The position numbers and the translations under genes were made by a program. Under the pieces are notes generated by a model, which saw only the letters and a list, made by a program, of their open reading frames with translations, was not told the origin of the DNA and made no database searches. 64,000 nucleotides of DNA from Polyangiaceae bacterium (lineage in GTDB: Bacteria; Myxococcota_A; Polyangia; Polyangiales; Polyangiaceae), in the NCBI GenBank assembly GCA_965222375.1, contig CBDCTZ010000005.1:224001-288000 (forward strand), in the 5' to 3' direction. Below are positions 9,032 through 19,240 of the stretch, in pieces. Numbering within the stretch: the first letter of the stretch is position 1; the number at the start of each line of letters is the position of its first letter.

Positions 9032-10735
9032 TCAGATCCCGTGCACATAACCCAGGGAGGGTTCGAACACCTGGCCACTGGTGGGCAGCATCTGCATGAC
9101 GTTGACGTTGAACTGCAAGCCGCTGTCGGGGCTGAGGGCGTAGACGATGCCGCCGTGTACCCCGACGAAGGTCTTGCCCAGCTTCTTGTAGGCATCGAGC
9201 TCGAGTTCGACGCCGTTTTGGCTGCCGGTCGAACACGCCTGATAAAAGGACTGGTCTTGGGGAGTGGTGGCCCCCGGATCACTTGGGGAGCTGGGCGTGC
9301 CGGCACAATCCGCCACCTTCAGGGGTAGCTTGGCGTCAACCTGGGCAGCTCCCCCGCCCACGCCGATGTAGGGTCGAAAACCCTCGTTCGAGAACGGGCT
9401 GTCACCGAACCAGTACGAGACTCGCAGCTCGGCGTGGAAGGGGAAGAATTTCACGACCTCCTTTTTGACGCCGGCCGGCGGACCGCCGCCAAAGGCGTAG
9501 CCCACCCGCGCGCCCAGGGAGACGTTCTCCCCGAACACTTGGTCGAAGGAGATCAGCGCACGAAACGTTGCAGGCGCGATGCCAGAGCTGATGTTGTTCG
9601 CGAAGTCGGGATTGGGGTCGAAGCGATACACTTCTTCCGTGTCTGCGTAGAAGCAGGCAAAGCCCTTGTCTTGCTGACTGTCCAAGGAACAGACATCGTC
9701 ACCCCCCACCAGGGCAAAGTCGTAGGCGAGATGCAGTCCGAGCCAGCTCTTCTTGAAAGGCCCGCCTTTCTTCTTCTTCTTGCTCACGCTGCAATAGCCG
9801 TCGACGCACTTGTTTCCGCCCGGGCAATCGTCGGTCACATCGCAGCTCTGCTGCTCCTCGCAGCTGCCTTCGACGCAGGAAAGCCCGCCATCACAATCAT
9901 CGTCCTCGGAACAGGAAGAGCCGGAAGCGGCCTTGGAACGTGAGCAGCGGCGAGGTGGGTCCCTGTCCGGAAACGCCGGAGGCTCCTCCTCCGTGTCTCG
10001 ATCGATCTCCATCTCCACGGGCTCGCGCTTTTGGCCGTAGGCTTCGACGATGTCACCGTCTGCATCGCGCCCCCGAACGTAAAACCGCAGATCACCACTG
10101 CGCCGGGTGGCCTGACATGGGATGGTGGCCTGGTAGGCGCCGCGCTTCTTGCGCATCTTGATGCGCTTCCAGGGCTTGCCTGGCGCCTTGTAGTTGAGGT
10201 CGAACTTCGTCGCCGCGCCGCCAACGGTGCAAGAGACGGGGATCGGGCGGCGGGTCTGCACCATGCTGACCTTGGGCGTGCAATCCATGCCCCCAACGTT
10301 GCCTTCGCCGCCACCTAGATCCACGCCCCCCGAGCTGCCACCACTGACGCCCACGCTCTTCTGGGCCTGCTTGAACATCTTCTTCGTCTTGACGGTCGCC
10401 AGCGCCGCGTCGAGAGCGATTCTAGGGTTGAGCTCGAGGGCCTTGACGAACGCTTTCTTGGCACCGCGAGGATCGTTTCGCCCGCTTCCGCGAACGATGC
10501 CGACATAGAGCCAGGCCTTGGCGAGCACGGGCTTGCTGCACTTCTTGGCACACGCCGCGATGGTGCCCAGCAGTACCGTCTCCGCTCGATCGAAATCCGT
10601 CTCGAGATAGTGCTTGTGGATCGCCGCCTCGATCTTTCGCTTCGCCGCTGCATCCCGAGGCGCGGCCACGGCGGGTCCCGCCGCTAGGGCGGCGACGGCA
10701 AGAATGAGCAGATAAAGCAGCTGCTTGCGATACAC
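9032..10735 (-). CDS. Exported protein: TPR-like N-domain, Cys-rich middle, outer-membrane beta-barrel-like C-domain
   Basis: Signal peptide, helical AKAWLYVG...FVKALELNP, alternating beta pattern (RPYIGVGGG, SLGARVGYAF); GTG start inferred. Confidence 0.75.
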   Translation of the reverse strand: MYRKQLLYLLILAVAALAAGPAVAAPRDAAAKRKIEAAIHKHYLETDFDRAETVLLGTIAACAKKCSKPVLAKAWLYVGIVRGSGRNDPRGAKKAFVKALELNPRIALDAALATVKTKKMFKQAQKSVGVSGGSSGGVDLGGGEGNVGGMDCTPKVSMVQTRRPIPVSCTVGGAATKFDLNYKAPGKPWKRIKMRKKRGAYQATIPCQATRRSGDLRFYVRGRDADGDIVEAYGQKREPVEMEIDRDTEEEPPAFPDRDPPRRCSRSKAASGSSCSEDDDCDGGLSCVEGSCEEQQSCDVTDDCPGGNKCVDGYCSVSKKKKKGGPFKKSWLGLHLAYDFALVGGDDVCSLDSQQDKGFACFYADTEEVYRFDPNPDFANNISSGIAPATFRALISFDQVFGENVSLGARVGYAFGGGPPAGVKKEVVKFFPFHAELRVSYWFGDSPFSNEGFRPYIGVGGGAAQVDAKLPLKVADCAGTPSSPSDPGATTPQDQSFYQACSTGSQNGVELELDAYKKLGKTFVGVHGGIVYALSPDSGLQFNVNVMQMLPTSGQVFEPSLGYVHGI

Positions 10736-10957
10736 GGGACGCTCTCTGGCGGTGATTGAACACCATTCTGACACCCGTTGTTGGGCAATTTGCGCCCGCA
10801 CTAGCCCTCCAGGCCGCAATCACGCCGCTCGCGGCGGGCCGACGCCACTTTCTGCGCCATTTGCGGGCAGCAGCGAACGCTACTTCGCAGCAATGAAGCA
10901 AGTTGGCCACCCAGCACTGCCGGGCGTCGCCAGCCCAGCCCCGACGGCCGCACAGGC

Positions 10958-11214
10958 TCAGTTGAAGACTTCAGTGCACTTGTTGCTCAGGCAAGCGTAG
11001 CCATTGGGCGTGGGACACGCTCCGCACACCACCCCACCAGCGTCGCAGTTCTGCTGGAACCACTGCAACTTGATGGGCGGGTCTTCGTGGGCCCACCACC
11101 CGAGCCGCCGCTGCCACTCGTGCCGCCGCTGCCACCGAACCCGCCAAGGCCCCCGATGCCGCCGCTGCCGCCCGCGTGGCCCAGTTCTAGAGTAGGCCCA
11201 GGTTGCCCCATCAC
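10958..11214 (-). pseudogene. Remnant of a Gly-linker/Cys-rich protein
   Basis: GGSGG linker in one frame and Cys-rich tail (NCDAGGVVCGACPTPNGYACLSNKC) in another; no signal peptide. Confidence 0.4.
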
Positions 11215-11280
11215 CCCGTCGGGTATCGCGAAGCGCGTCGCTGGACCCCAAACCCCAACAAACCATTCTGGGCGGGCGCT

Positions 11281-12123
11281 TCACTCTTGCAAGAAAACCT
11301 TCAGCTCTTTGATCAGCGCCGGGCCGGACTCTCGGTGTAGGAAGTGACCGCCAGGCAGCACCACCACGCCGTAGCTGCCGGAATACCAGCGCCGCGCCGC
11401 TTCGTAGGCTTCCACGGGTAGGTTCGGATCGTCGGCGCCGGCAAAGCTCAGGGTTGGCATGGGCAGGGGCTTGGCGAGCCAACGCGGGATCTTTGGTGTG
11501 ATGGCGCGGTAGTAGCCGACGGCTGCATTCAGGCAGCCCGGCGCGGAAAAGGCGTTCTTGACGGCGTCGAGCTCCGCTGAGGAAAAGTCCCAGGTCGGTC
11601 CCCAGCGCCGAGTGAGCGTGTCGACCATCTCGAAGTCGTTCTTCGAAAAGCGCGCCACCGCACCCGGAAGTCGCAGGGTCATGAAGTGTCGGGCCAACCA
11701 GAGCAGCCCCAAGGACGGCTTGATGCTCGCGGGATGCGGGATCCCGACACCCACGAGCTTTTCGACCTTGTCCGGATCCAACGCGGCTGCGGCGTAGGCC
11801 GCCGAGGCACCCCAATCGTGTCCGACGACGATCGCGCTCTGCTCACCCAGAGCCTCGATCAAGGCGAGCACATCCTGTCCCTGGGTCTTCGCGTCGGTAT
11901 CGCGCTCGGGGATCTCGCTCGGAGCGTAACCCCGCAAGAAGGGCGTCACCACGCGATAACCTTCCGCGGCGATTGCGGGTCGCACTTCGTCCCAGGTGTG
12001 CGGCGTATCCGGAAAGCCGTGCAGCATCACGACCAGCGGCCCCTCGCCCTCCGAGAAGAAACCATGCCGCAGGCCATTGGCTTGGATGAACTCGACCCCT
12101 GACTCCTCGACGTATTTGCGCAT
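11281..12123 (-). CDS. Alpha/beta hydrolase, epoxide-hydrolase-like
   Basis: LHGFPD, GHDWGA nucleophile motif, GGHFLHRE. Confidence 0.92.
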   Translation of the reverse strand: MRKYVEESGVEFIQANGLRHGFFSEGEGPLVVMLHGFPDTPHTWDEVRPAIAAEGYRVVTPFLRGYAPSEIPERDTDAKTQGQDVLALIEALGEQSAIVVGHDWGASAAYAAAALDPDKVEKLVGVGIPHPASIKPSLGLLWLARHFMTLRLPGAVARFSKNDFEMVDTLTRRWGPTWDFSSAELDAVKNAFSAPGCLNAAVGYYRAITPKIPRWLAKPLPMPTLSFAGADDPNLPVEAYEAARRWYSGSYGVVVLPGGHFLHRESGPALIKELKVFLQE

Positions 12124-12145
12124 TCGTTCTCGGCTTTCTCCGGCT

Positions 12146-13267
12146 CTAGAGGCTCTTCGGTGCCCGGCGCACACTGCCAGTGCGAGTGAGCCAATACACA
12201 CAGTGGTCATCCACGACCACGGAGCTGGGCCCGGCGGCATCCGCGACGACCAGCTCTGGTGTGCCGCCCGCTGGGCCCAACTTGGCAACACGCATCAGCT
12301 GACCTGGCTGCGCCGCCTCGGCCTGGGACCAGTACACGAAGGACGCATCCGTCGCGATACCACTCGGAAACGGGAGCCCCTGAGCCAAGAAGATCGTCGG
12401 CGACTTGTCCTTGGGTGCACGCACGATGGTGCCGCAGGGAGTGCCGCAACTATCCGTGAAGAAAGTGTGGGGGCCGTCGAGCACGAAGTCCCCGATGGTC
12501 TGCGGTGAGCCAAGGGCGAAAAGAGTGTTGGCGCCGTGAGCTAGGACGCTGATTGGCCCGCCGGTCCGCGACCAGAAGATCCCTTGGTCATCGACACGGA
12601 TGTGGACCGGGTTGCCCACGCTCGCGGTGACGTGATCTGTCACGGCTCCGCCGCCCAAAGGCACGCGACGAAGCGCGGGCTGGCCATCGGTCCAATACAC
12701 CCGCCCGCCATACACCGCGACGAAGCGCGCTCCGGCCGCACTCGTGGCCAGGGTCGTGACCGCGCCACCGCTCTTGGCAACGCTGTGAACCCCCCGTCCG
12801 TCCGCGAACACCACGGTGTCGTCGAAGAGCGCCACGCCCCGCACGTCCGGATCCGCATCATTCGTCAGGATCTCCGTCGGCCCCCCACCTTTGAAGACTC
12901 GCCGCACACTGCCCACGCCAGTGACGGAAAAATAGACGAACTGTTCGTCGACGGCGAGCACGTCGGGAACACTCGTGGTCGCGAGCTGCCACTGCGCTAG
13001 TTGCGCGGCTGGCTCCCCCGGCTGACAAAACGCGACCGGAGCGACGCAGCGATTCTGCACGCACCTGCCGCTACAACACTCTTGCGCAGCCGCGCAAACG
13101 GCGTCGATGGAGCGGCACGCCACCGCGTCTGGCGATCCTCCGTCCCCGGGCAGCGCCGAGCCGTCACCCGCATCCGAGTTGGCCACGGTCTCGAGCAGCG
13201 GCGAGCGGGACCCGCAGCCGAAGCTCAAGAGGAAAACTCCCAGCCGCACACTGTGCCGGCGCGTCAT
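12146..13267 (-). CDS. Beta-propeller lipoprotein
   Basis: Lipobox SFGC; about 40-aa repeats of type IAVDxxxVYW...RVPKxGG. Confidence 0.85.
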   Translation of the reverse strand: MTRRHSVRLGVFLLSFGCGSRSPLLETVANSDAGDGSALPGDGGSPDAVACRSIDAVCAAAQECCSGRCVQNRCVAPVAFCQPGEPAAQLAQWQLATTSVPDVLAVDEQFVYFSVTGVGSVRRVFKGGGPTEILTNDADPDVRGVALFDDTVVFADGRGVHSVAKSGGAVTTLATSAAGARFVAVYGGRVYWTDGQPALRRVPLGGGAVTDHVTASVGNPVHIRVDDQGIFWSRTGGPISVLAHGANTLFALGSPQTIGDFVLDGPHTFFTDSCGTPCGTIVRAPKDKSPTIFLAQGLPFPSGIATDASFVYWSQAEAAQPGQLMRVAKLGPAGGTPELVVADAAGPSSVVVDDHCVYWLTRTGSVRRAPKSL

Positions 13268-13319
13268 GACGGCAGCCTGCTGAGCCAGGCTATCGCCGTC
13301 AACGGTCGATTTGGTCGAC

Positions 13320-14061
13320 TACCCACCTCTCCGTACGACAAGACGGCTGCGTTCGTTGCCTGCTTTGGCTTCTTGGCCTGCGCGGCCGACGTTCCGGTAG
13401 ACTTCTCCCCCAAACACCTCGCATCTGCAAAGGACCTGCTCGGAAGTCAGGACTTCTTGATCACCGCCTCGGGAGCATCGGGCAACCCGATCTCCGGCCG
13501 GGTGGACCCAGCGCGCCCCCGAGCGTGCATTCCTTCGGCGGCAAGCTGAGCGTGCTCGCGGGGTCTCTGGACCCACGGGTCAAAGCCGTGGTCGCGCTCG
13601 ACCAGGTCGACCCCGCCATGCTGCGCAACCCAACCGATTGCCCACACGCATCCGACAAGTTGCGGCTACCGATCCCAACGGCCTTCCTCGGTGAGACGCT
13701 GGACGCCAGTAGCGCGCTCCAAGCCTGTGCGCCCAAGGCCGACAACTTCGATACGTCTACGCCAAGACGGCCGCACCGACTTTCCGTCCAGCGAAAGCCC
13801 AGGAGGCCCGCATGGGCGCGGTGCGTGCCGCCTTGCGCGAGTGGTTCGAAACCGACGGCCAGGAGAGCCTGCGCGCCCTGGCCATGGCGACCTTCGCCCT
13901 GCTGGCTCCCTTGGGCAAAGCGCACAGCACCAGGGCAGGCCGCCAGAGATGAGTCCTTGGAAAACCTAATCTGCGACCCCGGTCCGATCACCTGCGGCAA
14001 GACATGCTGTGATAAGGCGGACTGCGGTCCGCTGAATCGCGTCGAGCTGCCCGGCGGCTAG
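13320..14061 (+). pseudogene. Frameshifted chlorophyllase-like alpha/beta hydrolase fragment joined to unrelated gene fragments
   Basis: PISGRVDPAR shifts frame into HSFGGKLS...DPRVKAVVALDQVD; no start codon; later unrelated helical and Cys-rich fragments. Confidence 0.65.
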
Positions 14062-14104
14062 TTGACCTTGGACTTCTGCAAGCCGTAGCTGGTAGCCTAC
14101 AGGC

Positions 14105-15439
14105 GTGAGGATCGGGTCTACATCCCTCGGCGCGGTGCTGCTCATCGCGGGCTGTGGTGGCGACGACGAACCCGCGACGGCCTCGACAGGTGGCAGTGCA
14201 GGCTCCGGCGCCGCTTCGGGCGCCGCGGGCGGTGGCGGCCAGAGCGGTTCGTCGACAGGAGGGCAAGCGGGTAGCACGGGCGGCGCGGGCACGGGTGGTT
14301 CCTCGGCGCAGTGGCTTCGCAATGTGTACGGCAACCCGTGGTCCGCGACGTCGCTGCAAAACTGGAATATCGGCAGCTCCAAGAAACAGACTTGGTCCTA
14401 TCGTTTCGAAGCACCACGCCCGGGCACCATCGACGAGCTGCACATCTTCTTCGTCGCCAACCCATCCAACGGTAGCAAGACGGGATACGCCTCCGGCAAC
14501 GGCGGCACGGTCCGAGTGCAGCTGTGTCAAGACGACGGCAGCACCAACCACTTCCCTAAATGCGATGCCAATGCGCCATCAACGACGCTCAGCTTCCAGG
14601 TCGCAGATGGCAAACCGAAGCCCGGCGCGCCCAAGAGCGATCTGTTTCGGAAGATCCAGTTTGCGCCGGGGTTGAACGTGCAAGGTGGCGCGCTCTACCA
14701 CGCGGTGTTCAGCAACGTGGATGCCAACCCGGAGACCAATTGGATCGGTTTGGACGGGTTGACCGAAAAAGGCACCAGCACACCGTCCAGCGGACACCCT
14801 GGCTTCGATCGCTGGGCAGTGCTGCTCGGCGAGGGCGGCGGCTGGATGGATTGGTCCACCGGCTCCTCGTCGTCGGTGGTCAACACGCCGATTATGAGCG
14901 TGCTGTATGACGACCAATCGAGCTTTGGCTGTGGCTATATGGAAGTTTGGCCGAGTGACACCCAAAGCCGCAGCGTGAACACGACGGAAGGGGTGCGGGA
15001 GCGCTTCGTGGCCAGTCGGGACATCGCTGCCAGCGGTGTCAGCGTGCGCATCAAGCGGGTCGGAAGCGGCGGCGCTTTGAAGCTCTCCCTCGAAAACGCT
15101 GCGGACAAAGAGCTGTACTCGGTCAGAATCGATGCCAGCAAGATCGACGCGAATCGACACTCCTGGGTCACGGCGCCCCTACCCAAGCCCTGGATGATGA
15201 AGAGCGGCGCCGAGTATCGTCTGGTGCTGCGTGGGAGTGACGGCGGCGACTTCGTCGCGCATTGCATTCGTGACGGGGGCTCGTACCAATTCTCCAAGGA
15301 GTCCGTGTTCGCCGACGGCTACGCCGAGTTCGACCGCGGTGACGGCAAGGGTTTTCTGGGTTGGTACGGTTGGTCCACCTCCGGCAGCGCCAGCTACCAG
15401 GACGGCGATCTGCAGTTCTTTTTCGACACGAGCCCCTAG
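14105..15439 (+). CDS. Lipoprotein with Gly linker and two tandem beta-sandwich-like domains
   Basis: Lipobox IAGC; two similar segments (YRFEA...VRVQL...GALYHAV and ERFVA...LKLSL...GAEYRLVL). Confidence 0.8.
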   Translation: MRIGSTSLGAVLLIAGCGGDDEPATASTGGSAGSGAASGAAGGGGQSGSSTGGQAGSTGGAGTGGSSAQWLRNVYGNPWSATSLQNWNIGSSKKQTWSYRFEAPRPGTIDELHIFFVANPSNGSKTGYASGNGGTVRVQLCQDDGSTNHFPKCDANAPSTTLSFQVADGKPKPGAPKSDLFRKIQFAPGLNVQGGALYHAVFSNVDANPETNWIGLDGLTEKGTSTPSSGHPGFDRWAVLLGEGGGWMDWSTGSSSSVVNTPIMSVLYDDQSSFGCGYMEVWPSDTQSRSVNTTEGVRERFVASRDIAASGVSVRIKRVGSGGALKLSLENAADKELYSVRIDASKIDANRHSWVTAPLPKPWMMKSGAEYRLVLRGSDGGDFVAHCIRDGGSYQFSKESVFADGYAEFDRGDGKGFLGWYGWSTSGSASYQDGDLQFFFDTSP

Positions 15440-15494
15440 GGCGGGCGCGAAAGAGCCGGGAACCCGAGCCCGGCGGGGTGCAGGCACGCCGCCC

Positions 15495-16297
15495 TCAGGT
15501 GTAGTCGTTGCAGCGCACGTGCTTCGGGTAGTTCACGCTCTTGCTGCAATCGGCGATCTGTAGCCAGGTGACCATCGGCTCAGAGCGACTGTCCCGCTTG
15601 GTGCAGGTCGCCAGGCAGCCGAGGGACCAGCGACCATCGGCGCAGGTGGCGATGATGCGCCCGCAGTCCTTGCGGCCGCTCGGATAGGTGCAGGGGCCAC
15701 CGGGGGGTCGCGTGCAAGGGGCGCCCGCTCTGGGAGAAGAGTGCAGGCACTGTTGCATCGGCTCGCGCCGAACCAGCTCGATCAGCCACGCCCTTGTTGC
15801 TGCTTTGGCGCGCCAGCGCACGGACTTGCACAGTGACCTGCTCGCCGTGTCGGAAACTCATCAGCGCCTTTGGTGAACACGATCACGTCGCGGTCATCCA
15901 GTTGGTAGACGGCGTGCAGCGTTGGATCGTCGGACAGCACGATGTTGTCGCCCACGCACGGCTTGCACTTCGCTTTCGTCTGACACGGCAGGCACGTGTA
16001 GCGCTTGACCACATAGCCACGCAGGCGATGCACCGAAAGCGCATTGGGCCTGGCAGCGCGCAGCGCCGTGACAGTGAGCGCGCCACCCGGGTGTGCCGAC
16101 ACCCGACCGGCGGAAGCAACCAGGGGAACGCTAGCGGCAGGCGGCGCAGGGTGCGGGACCGCGCCAACCTCTGAAGCAGGCGCTTCGGCAGGCGGGGGCG
16201 CGGCCGGGGTGGGCGGCGCGGGCGAGCCGGCCCCTTGGCAGCCGAACAAGATCAGGGCAACGGCAACTACGCGCGCGCCTCAGCGTCGCACGACCAA
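15495..16297 (-). pseudogene. Disrupted Cys-rich lipoprotein
   Basis: In-frame TGA in the signal peptide (16280-16282) and frame changes near 15855 and 15790 linking ORFs 15782..16249, 15580..15861 and 15495..15821. Confidence 0.6.
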
Positions 16298-16591
16298 CGC
16301 GCGTACGCGCGAGCCAATTGGATCATCCGAGGCGTTGGCCCAGCTGGGCCGCGGCGGCGTTCGGTGTCCCTTTCGCCTTGCCACAGGCAATCATTGGCAG
16401 TGGGAACTGACCACCGGTGAGGTTCCACCCGTCGTGATGTCGCCGGCAATGACCGAACGCGTTCCCCAACGCAAACTGTTCGTGGCCTATGTGCGCACCC
16501 TGGCCGAAGTCGGTTTGCTGGAATAGGCCGTTTTCCTGCGGCTCTCCAAACTAGCTAGCCGCTAGCGGCGTCGGCGGTGATACTGCGCGCC

Positions 16592-17242
16592 ATGAACGTT
16601 CGACTCAGTGGATCGGGGTGCATGGCGTCAGCGTTGCTGGCCGCCGGATTGGTGGCGACGCTCGGTTGCGACGATGCCGAGGACAAGAACAAGGCAGGCG
16701 CCAAGACAGCTGCGTCGGCCCCCGCCCCGGCACCCGAGCCGACCAAACCCAAAGCCAAGGAAGTCCCGAAGGACGTGAAAGACTTTCTAGCTTGGGTCGA
16801 AAAGGCCGGTCCCGAGATCGCCAAAGGGCCCAAGCCCGCCGACGATCACCCCGTGCTGGGCAAGATCACCTGCCAGGGCGAAAAGGAAGCCCCCGACTTC
16901 GGCTACTGCGGCTCCTCGAAGTCCGGCACGCCGCGCTTTGCCGCTCAGTGGCCGGAAAAAGAGCCCAAGATCTGGGCGACGCACATGATGCGCGACACGG
17001 CCATCACCTGGTTGGACTGCGGCAAACTCGGCAAGGCCTCGGTCCGCGACTCGGATCAAGGCAGCGTGGTGTCCTTCCGTTGCAAGCATTCGGCGGAGGA
17101 GGACCTGTGGCTGCGACACTTCGTGCCGGCGGGCGCGGCCCGTAACACCCAAGTGTGGGTCTTCAGTCGCGACTTCCCTCAGGACGATCCTGAAGCGGCC
17201 CACGCGCCGCGGCCCGCACTGTTCAACAAACTCAAAGAGTGA
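16592..17242 (+). CDS. Hypothetical lipoprotein
   Basis: Lipobox TLGC; strong GC3 bias. Confidence 0.75.
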   Translation: MNVRLSGSGCMASALLAAGLVATLGCDDAEDKNKAGAKTAASAPAPAPEPTKPKAKEVPKDVKDFLAWVEKAGPEIAKGPKPADDHPVLGKITCQGEKEAPDFGYCGSSKSGTPRFAAQWPEKEPKIWATHMMRDTAITWLDCGKLGKASVRDSDQGSVVSFRCKHSAEEDLWLRHFVPAGAARNTQVWVFSRDFPQDDPEAAHAPRPALFNKLKE

Positions 17243-17340
17243 GCCCGCCGGCGGTCCGCCCACACGGGCTACCGCCCGCTCGGGGGAACCGACGACTTCT
17301 TCGCGCTCGATCCGGAGCCGACTCGAGGGCTGGGCGCCGC

Positions 17341-18861
17341 TCAGCGACGTGACGGACGGAAGCGGCGGCGGCGGCGCGGAGCCGAAGAACCGGTGTTCCC
17401 GCTCGGACCAGCGTCTGCGCGCTGGACGTCATCGCGAGGCGGATTGCGATCTCCAGGACGTGGACCGTCTGGGCGGCGACCCCGACGGCGCCGGCCGCGG
17501 GGGTCACTTTCGTTTCGTTGGGCGCCGTGGCCGCTGCCACGTGCTCCGGGGCGCGTACCGCTCGGGGCAGCGCTCTGCGCGGGCGCCTTGGGACGCACTG
17601 GCGCAGGCGGCAGGGCACTCTCGTCGGCGACGGGCACCTTGCGCTTGATCAGCCGCTCGATGTCGCGCAGATACGCCCGTTCTTCTTGATCACAGAACGA
17701 AACCGCGGTGCCGCTCGCACCCGCTCGGCCCGTTCGCCCGATGCGATGCACGTAGCTCTCGGGGATGTTCGGCAGGTCGAAGTTGATCACGTGGGAAATA
17801 TTGTCGATGTCGATACCGCGCGCCGCGATGTCTGTCGCCACCAACACGGGCACTCCGCCAGTGCGGAAGCTCTCCAGGGCCCGCTCCCGAGCGCTCTGAC
17901 TCTTGTTACCGTGAATGGCAGCCGCTTCGATGCCGCCGCGCGTGAGCTGGTCCGCGATCCGATTCGCACCGTGCTTGGTACGACTGAAGACGAGGGTGCG
18001 CTCCACGCCTTCGGCCCGCAGGACGCGCTCGAGCAGAACTCGTTTTTCCGCGCGCTCAGCGAAGTAGACGGATTGGGTCACCAGCTCCGCGGTTGATGCG
18101 ACTGGAGTCACCGCCACCTTTGCGGGGCGATGCAAAATGCTCCGGGAGAGCACCTCGATATCCCGGGGCATGGTCGCGGAGAAGAGCAGGGTCTGGCGCT
18201 TCTTCGGCAACTCACGGATCACCTTACGCACATCGTGAATGAAACCCATGTCGAGCATGCGATCCGCTTCGTCCAATACGAACACTTCGAGAGCGTCCAG
18301 CTTAACGAAGCCCTGGGAGATGAGGTCGAGCAATCGCCCCGGCGTGGCCACTACGATGCTGACCCCACGAGCCAAGGCCTGTTCCTGCTTGCGCTGCCCC
18401 ACGCCGCCGAAGATGACGGTATGGCGCAGACCCAAATTGCGGCCGTAGACCTCGGCGCGCTCGCCGATCTGAGCAGCCAGCTCTCGGGTCGGGGTCAGGA
18501 TCAGCGCACGGATTTGCTTGCCACTCGGCTTGGCTGCCAGGCGTTGGAGAATGGGCAATACGAAAGCCGCGGTCTTTCCGGTGCCAGTTTGAGCGCAGCC
18601 GAGCAGGTCGCGACCCTCGAGCAGGGGTGGGATGGACTGAACTTGGATCGGCGTCGGCTCTTCGTACCCTTCCGCGAGGACAGCGTGCACGAGGGGCGTA
18701 TTGAGGCCGAGCTTGGTGAATGGAGAAGCGATGACTTCAGGAGACGGCTCGCGGCTGTCCGGGCGCGTCCCCTCACCTTTTCGGTGGGAGCGGCTGTCGG
18801 AGTGCGCGGAAGCGGTGCGGACGGGCGTCGGCCCTAGCCGCTGAGGACTAAACGAATTCAT
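17341..18861 (-). CDS. rhlE: DEAD-box RNA helicase, RhlE-like
   Basis: Q motif, [36 protein letters not shown]; Arg/Gly-rich tail. Confidence 0.93.
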   Translation of the reverse strand: MNSFSPQRLGPTPVRTASAHSDSRSHRKGEGTRPDSREPSPEVIASPFTKLGLNTPLVHAVLAEGYEEPTPIQVQSIPPLLEGRDLLGCAQTGTGKTAAFVLPILQRLAAKPSGKQIRALILTPTRELAAQIGERAEVYGRNLGLRHTVIFGGVGQRKQEQALARGVSIVVATPGRLLDLISQGFVKLDALEVFVLDEADRMLDMGFIHDVRKVIRELPKKRQTLLFSATMPRDIEVLSRSILHRPAKVAVTPVASTAELVTQSVYFAERAEKRVLLERVLRAEGVERTLVFSRTKHGANRIADQLTRGGIEAAAIHGNKSQSARERALESFRTGGVPVLVATDIAARGIDIDNISHVINFDLPNIPESYVHRIGRTGRAGASGTAVSFCDQEERAYLRDIERLIKRKVPVADESALPPAPVRPKAPAQSAAPSGTRPGARGSGHGAQRNESDPRGRRRRGRRPDGPRPGDRNPPRDDVQRADAGPSGNTGSSAPRRRRRFRPSRR

Positions 18862-19240
18862 ATGAGAAAAAACACTCTTTCTGGCGGCGAAGTTGCCGCT
18901 TCGTCACGTTGTCGGAGCACCGGGAGAGCCCAGCACCACAGACCGCTTTTCGGCCACACGATTCGTGAGCGGGGGCTAGATAGCGTGAAAGACCTCGACT
19001 GGCAAGTCGGGGACCTGGGCCACGCGAAGGTCGGTCCCGACCAGAACACGATTGGCAAACGCGATCGGAACGACTTACTGCGACTCGAACACGACTCCAG
19101 TTGACCGCGGTCACTGACGTAGGCGTCGCATGTGACCTCGGTTGTCGCACCCGCGCGCCACAGTTGTCCGTACACACCGTCCAGCCTCTGCGTTGCGTGG
19201 ACGCGTTTGTACTGGCACACGCCATGCACAGTTGGAGAGC

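Noticed and set aside
16280..16282. In-frame TGA as a third Sec codon
   Set aside because: It lies in a signal peptide with no redox motif, and the gene also has frameshifts
18862..19010. Riboswitch or cold-shock leader upstream of the helicase
   Set aside because: Only a weak TTGCCA-17-TATCTA promoter candidate; no recognisable RNA family
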